Shown piece after piece: positions 24,432-36,655 of a stretch of DNA of 64,000 nt. The notes under the pieces are model-generated. The model saw only the letters and a list, made by a program, of their open reading frames with translations, did not search any database and was not told where the DNA came from. Numbering within the stretch: the stretch's first letter is position 1; each line of letters starts with the position of its first letter. Origin of the DNA: Phyllobates terribilis (taxonomy: Eukaryota). Made by a program: the position numbers and the translations under genes. The stretch lies in NCBI RefSeq assembly GCF_046119375.1, contig NW_027362765.1, forward strand, positions 386,260,001-386,324,000, in the 5' to 3' direction.

Positions 24432-27400
24432 ATGGGCAAGGCACGTGGCAAGGGACGGGAACTGAACGTGATGGTGATGGTGCATGCAGAGGCCGAGGAC
24501 AAGGCCATGGGCAAGCTGAAATTGTGCCACAACAAACACCCACATCTTCTCGCCTGACCTTCCTGTCCCAATTTCTAGGGGACCGCAGCACACCACTATT
24601 GAACCCAGAGCAGTGTCAAAAGATTGTTGGTTGGATAGCGGATAATGCTTCCAGTCACTTAGCCACCACCACCACCCTGTCTTCCACACGGTCAAGTCTC
24701 AGTAGCCGTGAGTCTGGACGGCATATTCCTCACCCTGATCCTCCTTCCTCCCACCATGCCGAGTGTCCGGAGACAACTGATCCCACACTTGGATACTCTG
24801 AAGAGCTGTTCACTTTTTCATTTATAGATTCGGGCCTCTCGCCTGGTCCACTTGAAGCAGGGCAAGAGGAGATTGCGTGTAGCGATGCCCAAATATTTGA
24901 GCAGCTACGGTCACACGAAGGCAGTGGTGGGAAAGTGTCACAAGAGGTGGACGATGATGAGACACAATTACCAGAAAGTCAGGAGGAGGACTAGGGTGCG
25001 GAAGTGGAAGACGAGGTGGTGGATGATATAGTAACTGACCTAACCTGGCAGGAGGACATGAAGAGCGAGGACAGCAGCACACAGGGGGTGGGAGGCAGAG
25101 CACCCCAACAGGCAGGAAGAAGCAGTGTGGTGGCCGCAGACAGAAGGCAGGCAACCGTTCCCCGTAACACCAACACGAAGGAAGTTGACAGTACAACTGT
25201 TAGGTCTTCCCGAGTCTGCTTGTTTTTTAAAGACTCTGCGGATAACCCCAAAAAGGCCATTTGCACCACCTGCCAGGCCAGCATCAGCAGGGGTGGCAAA
25301 ACGACCAGCCTGACCACCATCAGCATGATCAGACACATGGCAGCAAAGCACCTGACTTTGTGGGCGGAACCCCAGGGTCCAGGAACAGTGTCTGCAGGTG
25401 GCACCATTGCTTGTTCCTCTGTTGTGCATGCAAGCCAATCTTCTGTCCATGGTGCATGCGAAGATGCCTCCTGCCCTACACCTGTCATTGCGCACTCTCA
25501 AGTAGCAGCATCAGTTAGCACGTCCATGTCCTTCTCCCAGCGCAGCATACAGGTGTCCATACCCCAGTCCTTGGAACACAAGCACAAATATGCAGCCAAC
25601 GCCCCACAGGCCACACTACTAAATTCTCACATTTCACGACTGCTTGCGCTCGAAATGTTGCCTTTAGGCTCGTGGAGACGGAAGCATTCCGCAACCTGAT
25701 GGCGGCGGCCGTCCCTTGGTTCTTGATCCCCAGCCGCCACTATTTCTCCCGGTGTGCCGTCCCTCATTACACATGCACGTATCCCAAAACATTAGCCGTG
25801 CCCTCAACAATGAAGTTACCGGGAACGTCCACCTAACCACGGACACGTGGACAAGTGCTTTTGGGCAGGGACGGTACATCTCGCTGATGGCACACAGGGT
25901 TAACATAGTGGAAGCCGTGACCCAGTCGGACCTTGGGACGGAACATGTCCTCCCGACACAAAGGATTGCGGGCCCTAGGTCAATTAGGGTTGCCCCCACG
26001 GTCTACAGCTCCTGCACCTCATCCTCCTCAGCCTCCTCCTCCTCTTCAGCCTCCAGCTCCGAAATGATCACATCAGTCACAAGCTGGAAGCACTGCAGCA
26101 CTGCCTCGGCCAAGCGGCAACAGGCTGTGCTGAAGCTAAAATGCATAGGTGACAAACCGCGCAATGCTGAAGAGTTGTGGACAGCTCTGAAAGAGCAGGC
26201 AGATCTGTGGCTCACACTGCTGTACCTACAGCCAGGCATGGTCATGTGTGACAATGGTCGGAACCTGGTGGCGGCTCTGAGGCGAGGCGAGCTCACACAT
26301 GTACCATGCCTGGCCCATGTGCTTAACCTCAAGGTTCAGCGGTTTCTCAAATCCTACCCGGAGCTGCCGGATCTGCTTGTTAATGTACTCCACCTGTATG
26401 CCCATTTTAGAAAGTCAGCTACAGCTTCCGCCGCCCTTGCCGTGTTTCAGCAGCGTTTGCAGCTTCCCGCTCACAGACTGGTGTGTGATGTCCCCACGCG
26501 TTGGAATGCTACACTGCAGATGTTGGGATGGATTTGTGAGCAGAAGAGGGCAGTTGTTGAGTACCAGCATCAACAAGGCCGTCGGTATTCAGTTCAGACT
26601 CCACACATAAGACCTCAGGAGTGGACATGGATGTCAGACATATATATCATCCTCCAAAACTTTGAGGACTCCACCAAGATGGTGAGTGGCGATGATGCCA
26701 TAATTAGCGTCACCATCCCGCTTCTCTGTCTTCTGAAACGCTCTCTGCTCACAATCAAAGAGGATGCATTTCAGGTGGAGCACGATGAGATGGAGCAAGG
26801 AACCATACAGGGTGATTACACACAGCCAAGCCTCATCTCATCCCAAAGTGGATTGGGTGACAATGAGGAAGAGGAGGAGGAAGGACAGGAGCTAGTTTCA
26901 TGCGCTATAGACTGTACTACCTGCACAGCTGTCATACCATCTGTTCAGTGGATAGAGTGAAGGAGGAGGAGGAGAGCATGGTCAGTCATCCTCTTGGTGA
27001 GGACACGGAAGTCTTGCCTGTTAGTAGTCTGGCACACATGGCTGATTTTATGTCATGCTGCCTTTCCCATGACCCTCGCGTTGTCAAAATTTTGGGTGAC
27101 AGTCATTACTGGTTGGTGACACTTCTAGACCCACGCTACAAGGAGAACTTTATATCTCTTATTCCTGAGGCGGACAGGTCTACAAAAATGGGGCTGTACC
27201 AGAAGGCCCTTGTTGCGGAACTATTAAAAAAATTCCCATCTGAAAACACTGGCGGCAGAGGGCACACTTCGTTAGACAACCAAGGAGTAAAGGCAAGAGA
27301 GACACAACTTCAGTCCAGCAGAGGCAGGGGAACACTGTCAAAGTTCTGGGAGAGTTTTCTCAGACCCTCCCATCGCACAGGCCCTGAGGCGCGGGGTACT

Positions 27401-27730
27401 CTCACAAGGAGTGCAGAGTTTGGGAAGATGCTGAGGGAGTACCTTGCCGACCGTACCAACGTCCTCCATGATTCCTCTGTGCCTTATAATTATTAAGTAT
27501 CCAAGCTGGATACCTGGAATGAACTGGCTCTCTATGCCTTGGAGGTCCTGGCCTGCCCTGCCGCCAGCGTTTTATCAGAGCGGGTTTTTAGTGCCGCTGG
27601 TGGAATTATAACTGATAAGCGCATCCGCCTGTCAACTGACAATACTGACAGGCTGACTCTTACAAAAATGAACAATGGCTGGATTGGGCCAGACTTCTCA
27701 ACACCACCGAATGATAGCAGCGTAGCATAA
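24432..27730 (+). pseudogene. Full-length hAT transposase pseudogene (BED finger, DDE, hATC dimerisation domain)
   Basis: SRVCLFF..AICTTC..MIRHMAAKH; HLTTDTW (D1), CDNGRN (D2), CLAH, ACPAASVLSERVFS (E). Several stops and frameshifts (e.g. TAG at ~24992 and TAA at ~27494). Confidence 0.92.
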
Positions 27731-28249
27731 ACTCAAAACCAGTGTCTTTTCCTGGGAGGTGTATTCCCATGCACCTTTTCACACCCAGACATGGGTATAT
27801 GCTTCCTGATTTTGGCCATTTGCTCTTGTCCTCCTCCTTCTCCTCATCCTCCACCACCATATCACCAGGGTGACCGTGGTCCGTGATGCAACACCCACAT
27901 AATTTTTTTAAAGGGTGTTTATGATGCCCGTAAAAAAAATTTTTATACAGTATGTTCATGTATACCCCCCAGGGGTAAATGTTTGTCAGCCCATACACTT
28001 AGTGCATGGGCATTACATACAAGTATAGGAGGCCCTCCTCCACGTCTCTTCCAAGGGGCATTGGAGTGCCTCCAAATTTTTGGCAACCCTTGCATTCACT
28101 GCATAGGCCAACATTATGGGAGACCCACTTCCTAATAATGGGAACATTGTTTTGAGGAAGCCCTCTGATCTCTATGTCTCTTCCAAGGGACATTGAAGTG
28201 CCTCCAAATATTTGGCAGCCCTTGCATTCACTGCATAGGCCAACACTAT

Positions 28250-28850
28250 GGGAGACTCTCTCCTTTCTAATGGGAATTTGTCATTACTGTGGCCCTGCTC
28301 TATGTCTCTTTAAATTGTTAGTGGGGTTTTTCCTAAAATTGTCAGCCATTGGACTCACTGCATACCCTATAACTGTATAGCAGACCCTCGCCTTTCTAAT
28401 TGGAACATGTCGTACTTGTTAATGTGGCCCTGCTCTATGTGTCTTTAAATTCTTAGTGGGGTTTTTCCTAAATTTGGTCAGCCGTTGGACTCACTGCATA
28501 CCCTATAACTGTATAGCAGACTCTATTCTTTCTAATGGGAACATGTCGTACTCGTTACTGTGGCCCTGCTCTATGAGTCTTTAATTTCTTAGTGGGGTTT
28601 CTCCTAAATTTGGTCAGCCCTTGGACTCACTGCATACCCTATAACTGTATAGCAGACTCTCCCCTTTCTAATGGGAATTTGTCGTTACTGTGGCCCTGCT
28701 CTATGTGTCTTTAATTACTTAGTGGGGTTTTTCCTTAATTTGGTCAGCCGTTGGACTCACTGCATACCCTATAACTGTACAGCAGAATCTCTCCTTTCTA
28801 ATGGGAACATGTCGTACTCGTTACTGTCGCCCTGCTCTATGTGTCTTTCA
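28250..28850. repeat. ~135-bp tandem repeat (4 full copies plus a partial) downstream of the hAT-2 transposase
   Basis: TGTGGCCCTGCTCTATG-like starts at 28288, 28423, 28559, 28689 and 28825. Confidence 0.9.
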
Positions 28851-28958
28851 AAGTCCCTCCATCAACAATGAATCAAGATTCGTCTGATGATGTGTCACAC
28901 ACCACATTGCCAGATAAGGTTGTAAAATGTTAAAATGACATTTCCCGGTGAATGCATT

Positions 28959-30347
28959 TGTGGCGCCCCTGAGGGTTCGGCCACCACAGGAATGCTGCAC
29001 TTCTTTAATGGAGTGTGGTGTTCCTCCTCTGAGGTAAGTCCGGTGAGATGGTAGTAACCTAGTTTTTGCATCCAACACCACATTTCTCCACCAGAGGGAG
29101 CTAGTATGCACTAGGTGCTGCTCCCCTGGTTACAGGGAGACTGGGGAACACAAAGTGGTAGGAACCAGTTAGTGGGTGTGGGTGGAGGAACAGTTAGTTA
29201 GTGACACTTCTAATTTCATATTTAATAGAATGTCATCTTTGATCTTGGTTCTTTTTGGTCCTTTTTGTTCTTTTTGGTCCTTCTGTCTGGTCTTCTGTCG
29301 GATCATCTGACCTGTGTGGTCTCGGACAGTGTGTCTGTCAAGTGGTCGTACTGTGCTGTCATGAACTGTGCATAAAGTGACTTCCCTCCGGGAGCGCAGA
29401 TCCTGTGTGGGCCTGCACCGGCTTGGGACACAGCCCTCGTACCCCGATCTATGGGACGAGAGGGAGGTTGCAGACAAGGAATGTCTCAACCCGACCAAGG
29501 ACCAGGATCAAGAAGGCCCGGGAGCTTTAGAGTGTGGCTCCCTAGCAAATGGGTCCCGGGGAGGATGCAGACGGAGCGGAGCACGCCACCTGTCCTCTTC
29601 TACCTGATCTATTCAGAGGGATTCCGGCTGCAAGAGGGGTACCGGCCCCCGACACCCGACCTCGTACTCTATGTCCAGACCGGGGAAAGCCCGGTTAGGT
29701 CCTGAGGATCCCGCTGGGCTTGGGATGGAGAGGAATTGCCACCCGAGCCGTACACCTGAGAGGAGCTCAGAGGGAGACCCGGCCTATCCACACACGCACA
29801 GACGGGAAGGGGTAAAGTCTGTAGTGCAGGAACACTCTGGTGTAGGGACGCTACCAAACCCTGGACTTCCTCGAAGGTAGTCGGACCCCCGTCCCTGGTG
29901 GCCGCAGGACTCCGCGAGGAGCAGGTAGAAGCCTTGCGCTGCTTATGAGAACTGTGAGTAAAGCCTTGGAATTTCATCCCTATGGCCTCCGGACTGTTCA
30001 TTACGTGCCATACCACGCGACACGGTGCCCTACTCCCGCACTACTACCCCCCCTTTATTCTGCCTTGACTGCCATGAGGCCGCGCTACGCCTGTGGGGAG
30101 CAGCGAGAACTTTAACTGCCATGACACCGGGCCTCAGCGGACTGTAGCGGCGCTGGTGGCGCATCACCAGACACCACAGGTGGCGTAGTCGACAATTACC
30201 ACTCAACCCGGATAGCCCTAACATCATTTTCAATGTGACGGCCCTGGGCACGGAACGGGTCGAGGCCACGACTGCATCCCCGTCCTCAACATCTGACCCG
30301 GCTCCGAGTACCCCATCTTCCCAGGGCAGGGCTTGAGAGGCGTCACA
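28959..30347. mobile_element. Solo LTR, divergent subfamily of family A
   Basis: TGTGGCGCCCCTGAGGGTTC...GCGTCACA; 4-bp TSD CATT (28955-28958 / 30348-30351). Confidence 0.88.
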
Positions 30348-31036
30348 CATTTGCCTTAAAAAATAAGGTAAAAAAACAGTAGGAACTTTTTTTAGTATAA
30401 AAACAGAGTCGCCAATGTAACCTCAATGTAATCACATTGTTCAGCTCCTGCACCTCCTCCTACATCTCCGAAATGACCACATCAGTCACAAGCTGACAGC
30501 ACTGCAGCACTGCCTTGGCCAAGCGGGAACAGGCTGTGCTGAAGATAACATGCTTAAAGCTTAGGTGACAAACCGCCCAGAGCTGCAGAGTTGTTGAAAG
30601 CTGTAACACAGCAGCTTGATCTGTGGCTCTCACCGCTGAACATACAGCCAGGCATGGTCGTGTGTGACAATCGGCGGAACCTGGTGACGGAGAAATGACA
30701 GCCGGAGTAGATACGGTTTCCCTCTATGCCAGTCCTTTCACCGAGCTAAAGAATATGGCTGTGGTGAAATACAACTCCCACTGAGAAGCTGTTTCAGATT
30801 GAAAAACATTGTGCCCACCAGAGGATTTGATTCTGAGGGCTCACCTTTCTCCCCCGCTCAAGAGCCCCATAGCAGCTGCAATGTTAGCGCTATCATGAAC
30901 TCTCCTGTTGTAGAAGCCAGGGCACACCAGATTATTCTCTGGTGGGACCGTCCAACCCTGCCGAGAAGCAGTCCTGGCTAAGAAAAGTGTGTGGGAAAGT
31001 TCCCAGACACTCTATAGCTGCTTTTTTACTGAAGTG

Positions 31037-31162
31037 GTAACCCACGCAAACATGGGGAAAACATACAAAGTCCTTGCAGATGTTGTCCTTGCTGGGATTT
31101 GAACCCAGGATCCCAGCGCTGCAAGGCTTCAGTGCTAAGTAACCACTGATCCAATGTGCTGC
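31037..31162 (-). mobile_element. tRNA-derived V-SINE 5' fragment
   Basis: A-box TGGATCAGTGG, B-box GGTTCAAATCC, then ACAACATCTGCAAGGA..TGTATGTTTTCCCCATGTTTGCGTGGGTT (V-domain-like). Confidence 0.8.
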
Positions 31163-31419
31163 GGTTCACCCTCTAATATCTAACAGGCTGGAGAAACTTG
31201 TACCTACTGCCACTCTATCGTCAGCTCCTTTGTGAGAAACTAATGTATTTGTGCAGCCACTCAGTCTACCAAATAAAATTCCTGAGAAGGAAATTGGGGA
31301 TGGCTTCGCTACTGGTACTGGGGGCACTGCTAATACCATGGCGTCATACCATAGTTTACTGGAAATATTCCAGGCTGGTAGGAGGCAAGCAAATTCCCAC
31401 AGAAAAGTACCAGCAGTAA

Positions 31420-34060
31420 TGTTCAGGGACCCGCGCTTGTAGAAGGTGGAGACAACACCAGGAGAAATAGTGACGGCTGGGGACCGAGTGTGGACACGAG
31501 GCATGAGGCACGAGGTTGTGAAAAGCTTCTGCCTCCATAAGCCTAAAAGGCCACATTTCAAGTGCAAGCAGCTGCCCAGAAATCTGACAGTTTAGTATTG
31601 CAGCATGTGGGTGGGTGGCTGGCTGCATACTTGCACTCCAAGTAACAGAAAACTAAGCAGATGGTGGCCTCTATCATCATCATGGCCTCACCTCGGCACT
31701 ATGAACTCTCCTGAAGGAGAAGCCAGGGCCCACCGGAGGAGTCTCCGGTTTTCTGGTGGGTCCGTCCAGCATTGCCGAGAAGCAGCCCTGGCTAAAAAAA
31801 GTGTGGGGGAAGGTTCCCGGACACTATAGATGCTTTTTTAATGTGGATCGGACGTGCTTATGTGTGGCGCCCCTGAGGGTTCGATCGCCACAGAGGTACT
31901 GAACCTCAACTTGAGGTGTGGTGTCTCCCTTCTCTCAGGTAAGGCGGGAGTGCTGCACGGGACCCCAACACCTACATCCAACACTACACTACCGCAGGCC
32001 AGCAGGAGGGGCAAGACGCAATGTAGTTTTCTGCTGAGCCCTGTCCCTGGCTGGGGTGGGGGGAACCCGAAGGTAGGGGGAACCAGTAGTGGGTGTGGGT
32101 GGAGGAAGTAGTTTAGGGGAGCACTTATACAGTAGATATATAAAGGTAGACATCTTAACAGTAGCTGGAGTAGCTGGAGTAGCGTGTGATGGAGTAGGAA
32201 CAGTCTGGGAGCAGAGTCTTTGTAGGAGCTCTGCTCTACTACAAGGGCCTATGACAGAGGCCCAGGAGGGGAGCAGGCAGTAAGCTCCGTTTTACAGAAG
32301 GGATCCTAGGGGAGTACAGCTAGTGCAGGCGGCACCCGTACACCCCGAACCTGCCAAGTGTCAGGAGGATATAGGCCACAAGAAGGGGACCGGCCCCTGG
32401 CCCAGTCGTGCAGCTTCAAGCCTCGGCTGGAAAAACCGGAGGCTTCTGACTTCTATAGCCAGGAGCCAAACCCCCACTTCAATCCAAGTAAGGTCAAGCA
32501 GGTCTGTGCAACTCTGACGGACAGGGGGGACCTCGCAGCACCTGAACAGGATTCACAGTGGGAAGCGCAGGACAGGAGGGAGTAAAGACCCAGCGTGAAG
32601 TCGGTCTAGAGAATTACATAAGAAAGTGGGGTTCTGCCAGGTACACCCGAATTGCCTGAGCAAGGACTGAACCCCTGCCTGGTGAATGCAGCGCGACGCG
32701 GGAGGCTTGCACCAGTACTAGATGTTAGGGCAGGATATCACAAGCTGCTCTAACATCTGTCTCAGAGGACTGTTGCAGCGCTGGTGATCCTCAACAGACA
32801 CCACAGGTGGCGTCACAAAAAATCACAAAAACCCCATATAAAAGTATTCCCCCATTTCACTGATAGCCCTGGATCACGGACCGGGCCAGCCGCCGTGATA
32901 TCCCATGCAAGCAGCCAGAGGCCCGGCTGCCGAGCACCCCACGGCCCTGGGGGCACGTCATATGCATGTTATTTCTCAAACCGGATTGAAGATCAGGCCA
33001 TTGCCCAACTCTGTAGTCATGAAATTAAATGCGCAAAGAAAGATGTTTGTGCGTCAAAGCACCACTGACAAGTGCAAGTTGATGTTGGACGGGCTGCCAT
33101 TGCTTCTCCAAAAGCTGCTTTAGAGGACTTCCTGGGAGAAATGACACCCAGAGTTGATACGGTTTCCCTCTATGCTAGTCCTTTCACCGAGCTAAAGAAC
33201 ATGGCTGTGGTGAAATACAACTCTCAGCAAAAAAAGCTGTGGACTGGCTCCATACCATCCCTGGCCGCATTCACCTGTCCACGTGTTTGTGGTTAGGCGG
33301 TCCTTCCCAGTAAGTGCACTGGGGAGCGCACGGGTAATGTTGTGGGACCCGTGCTTGTGGAAGGCGGAGAAGATACCGGGAGAAACAGTGTCGGCTGGGG
33401 ACTGAGTATGGACACCCGGCCACCGCCGGCATGAGGTTATGAAAAGCTTCCGCCTCCACGAGCCTAAAGGGCCACATTTCAAGTGAAAGCAGCTTTAGGG
33501 GACTTCCTGGGAGAAATGACAGCTGGTAGATATAGTTTCCCAAGTCCTTTCACCAAGCTAAAGAATATGGCTGTGGTGAAATACAACTTAGCAAAAAAGC
33601 TATGGACTGGCTCCGTACAGTCCCTGGCCACATTCACTTGTCCACGTGTTTGTGGTTAGGCGGTCCTTCCCAGTAAGTGGACTGGGGATGGCATGGGTAA
33701 TGTTGTGGGACCCGTGCTTGTGGAAGGCAGAGACGACACCGGGACAAATAGTGGCGGCTGGGGACCAAGTATGGATACCCGGTCACCGCCGCCATAAGAT
33801 TGTGGACAGCTTCCGCCTCCACGAGCCTAAAAGGCCACATTTCAAGTGCAAGCAGCTGTCAAAAATTTGGCAGTATAGTATTGCAGCCTGTGGCTGGGTG
33901 GGTGACTGCCTGCATACTTGCTCTTGCATTCCAAGGAATGGGGTAGGGACAACTGAACGCTGCACTGGGACAAGGACGTGGACGATGATTGTTTCAAGTC
34001 TGCAATGACAGGTGGATGGCAGGAGGCATCTTCGCATGCGCCAATGATCGCTTATGATGG
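31420..34060 (-). mobile_element. Three inverted fragments of hAT transposase sequence inside hAT-2 (~31420-31640, ~33240-33490, ~33600-34060)
   Basis: Minus-strand LEMWPFRLVEAEAFHNLM..VPSRHYFS.. is homologous to the plus-strand segment near 25650-25800; 33130-33490 and 33495-33850 are tandem copies. Confidence 0.75.
31863..32960. mobile_element. Solo LTR, family A
   Basis: TG...CA termini; 4-bp TSD TATG (31859-31862 / 32961-32964). Confidence 0.9.
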
Positions 34061-34627
34061 GCACACTTTTAGTCAGTGACCTGGGAGTCAGAGATGCTTC
34101 CAGAGGTCTTCCCCATGCTGTTCCCATGTCTTTTCAGCACTGTATGCATGTGTCTGATGATGTGTCACACACCACATGGCCAGATAAGGTTGTAAAATGT
34201 TAATATGACATTTCCTGGTGAATGCATTTGTCTTGGTTGAAAGCAATGCAAAAGTGCAAAAACGCATCAAAAACGATATGTGTGAACAAAGCCCAAGGTA
34301 TGGAGGAGTATTTTTGTTTTTGGTTATTCATTTTGCCTTATATACAAGTCATTACCCTGGAAAGGATATTCCTTAACATATTTCCCAGGAAAATACATTT
34401 TGGTTTTGTTTTTGAACGCTTTATTGTGAGTCCGTAAAAGCGGCGTAATACTCTGACAATGTTGTTGACAACAGTGATCTGGGAGTCAGAAATACTTCCA
34501 GGGGTCTTCCCCATGCTGTTCCCATGTCATTTGAGCACTGTTCCCATCGATTTGGGCAATTTTTAGGCCCTCTGCAGACCGCCGGGGGGAGCCGCATGAA
34601 AAATGCTAGAATTTCCCATAGACTTAC

Positions 34628-36270
34628 TGTAACATCCCTGGCGGCGTGCTTGCATAGTGCACCACCTCCCACTATGTAAGACCGCAATCTTACCTGTCAG
34701 TCCAGCCTGATAATCTTGCTCCAGTTCATGCTGTGTACATGCCTCTTGACTGACTGCTTAGGGCGGCGGCCCGGTTGCTTCCTGATTCTTATAGCTGCTG
34801 TGAGCGCACCCCTAATGCGTCTCCAGCCTATTGCTGTGAGCCACTGGATATTTAAACCTCCTCCACCCAGTTGGAGGTGCCTGAGCAACACCTTCACTCA
34901 GTTTGTCTTTGCAACTGTATTGCCAGGTCCTGTCCTGTTATCTCTGACTTCTAGTCCGTTTCCACCACTCTGGGGGCTGCATTCCCAGGCCTGTTACCTG
35001 TGACTTCTAGTCTGTTTCCGCCACTCTGGGGGCTGTATTCCCAGGTTCGTTTTTGTATCTCATTGCAGTAGCAGTTCCTATCTGAACTGTATCCTAGCTT
35101 GTTACCTGTTTATCTCTATGTCCGTACCTTCCCTTTTCCTGCAGTATCTAAACCTGCACCTAACTCCAACTCTTTGTCTCTGTACTTGTGTTTGTGAGTT
35201 TTGTGTCCACTCGCTACTTCATTGTAAGTACCTTGTGTGTATCTGGTTCTGCTTGTCCCTTTTCCCTTCCTCCGTATCTTCCTGTATTTTCCAGTCCGTT
35301 CCATGTGAACAGAGCCCTGTCCTCTCTGCCTGCACCTTCAGCCCTGTTCTGCTCTGCCTTGTCCACCGCACCTGCGGTTTTGCTCCGCTCTGTCTTGCCC
35401 ACCGCTCCGGCGGTTTCTCTCTGCTCTGACTTACCCACCACTCCGGCGGTTCCGCTCTGCTCTGCCTTGTTTACCGCACCTGCGGTTTCGCTCCGCTGTC
35501 TTGCCCACCACTCCGGCGGTTTCTCTCTGCTCAAACTTACCCACCGCTCTGGCGGTTTCTCTCTGCTCTGACTTACCCACCGTTCTGGCGGTTTCTCTCT
35601 GCTCTGCCTTGTCCACCGCTCCAGCGGTTATGCTCTGCTCTGCCTTGCCCACCGCACCTGCGGTTTTCGCTCCGCTCTGCTTGCTCACCACACCAGCAGT
35701 TCCTCTATGCTCTGCCTTGTCCTCCGCTCCGGCGGTTTTGTTTTCCTCTGCTAGTCTACCGCATCTGCGGCTCTGTACCTGTCTCCCAGTCTGTACTGGA
35801 CCCTATCCAGCTTGCGCTCCAACCTGCTAGTACCTCCCTGTCTGCACTCCAGCCGTGCTTGCCAGAATCTCCCTGTCTGCACTTCAGCCGTGCTTGCCAG
35901 TATCTCCCTATCTGCACTCCAGCCGTGCTTGCCAGTGCCCACCTGTCTGCATACCAGCCGTACTTGCCAGTACCCACCAGTCTGCATACCAGCCGTACTT
36001 GCCAATACCCACCTGCCTGTATGCCAGTCTAACCTGCCTGTTCCTGCATTCCCCGGTGTGGGTCAACAACTGTGACCGGGGTCTGACCTGGAGTCGCACC
36101 TGGTCCCTCTGCTCGGTTCCTCCTTGGTCCACGGAGTCGACTAAGCCGCCGTGCGACCTTGGTCGGATCGGGTTGATACTTAGTTACGCCCCTCCAGGCA
36201 CTCCTCGGTTCATGGTACAGTGGGATCACTAATCACGCTCACGCCAGTCAGTCCGGGCGCGAGAGTAACA
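34628..36270. mobile_element. Solo LTR (family B), 1643 bp, with internal minisatellites
   Basis: TGTAACA...GTAACA; 5-bp TSD CTTAC (34623-34627 / 36271-36275); interrupts the hAT subterminal sequence that is continuous in hAT-1. Confidence 0.88.
35335..36030. repeat. Two GC-rich minisatellites inside the LTR (CCACCGCTCCGGCGGTT.. units at ~35335-35740; CAGCCGTGCTTGCCAG.. units at ~35820-36030)
   Basis: Recurrent tandem units visible directly; they generate the Ala/Ser/Cys-rich ORFs in the track. Confidence 0.85.
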
Positions 36271-36655
36271 CTTACATTGATCTCATTGCTCGTGTTGAGC
36301 ACCCGAGTATTCCAATGTGTGTATGAACAAAGAAAAGAAAAACATTCAGATTAAAATTGACGCATTTCAGGAGATCTCCGATTTGTTTAATAAATAAAAA
36401 TCATTTATAAAAATATTAATAAGGAAAATAAAAACATCCAGATTAGAATCAACGCTTTTCAGGAAATCCCTGATTGGAGAGAATTGATATTTATATTCTA
36501 TAGACTCTATATCCTTATTGCAGACCTAAGGTCGCATTTATATAAAGCTCCCTGTGAGGTGGGGGACACTGGTCTGGTACTTATTATACCTGCACAGAGA
36601 TGACATTTTCATTGTGGATCCAGTGGGCTGGCGCTCCCTTGTGATTTTGCATTAA

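Larger units (their letters stand above)
23327..36322 (+). mobile_element. hAT-2, same family as hAT-1, with a rearranged interior and three nested LTRs; right TIR eroded
   Basis: Left end CAGTGATGAGC, colinear with hAT-1. The right end matches hAT-1 up to CACCCGAGTATT. The empty site AAAAATATGAATAAAGAGAAG is preserved in the paralogous unit at ~53072. Confidence 0.9.
22996..36570. repeat. ~99-bp inverted repeats (22996-23094 / 36472-36570) enclosing ~88-bp tandem units, split by hAT-2
   Basis: AGTGTCCCCCACCTC...CTCCAATC vs GATTGGAGA...GGGGGACACT; internal units carry T(C/G)GACGCGTTTC-like motifs. The paralogous copy spans 51035-53334. Confidence 0.75.

Noticed and set aside
6169-27730. Possible domesticated ZBED-type gene
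   Set aside because: Both transposase copies have multiple stops and frameshifts and sit within TIR-bounded elements.
28250-28850. Regularly spaced repeats superficially CRISPR-like (also the ~88-bp and 30-bp arrays)
   Set aside because: Whole units are repeated with no unique spacers, there are no cas genes, and the context is a eukaryotic transposon.
31037-31162. tRNA gene candidate (A and B boxes)
   Set aside because: No complete cloverleaf; it continues into a V-SINE body, so it is a SINE head.
35116-36232. Multiple 70-127 aa Ala/Ser/Cys-rich ORFs on both strands
   Set aside because: Products of the LTR-internal minisatellites.
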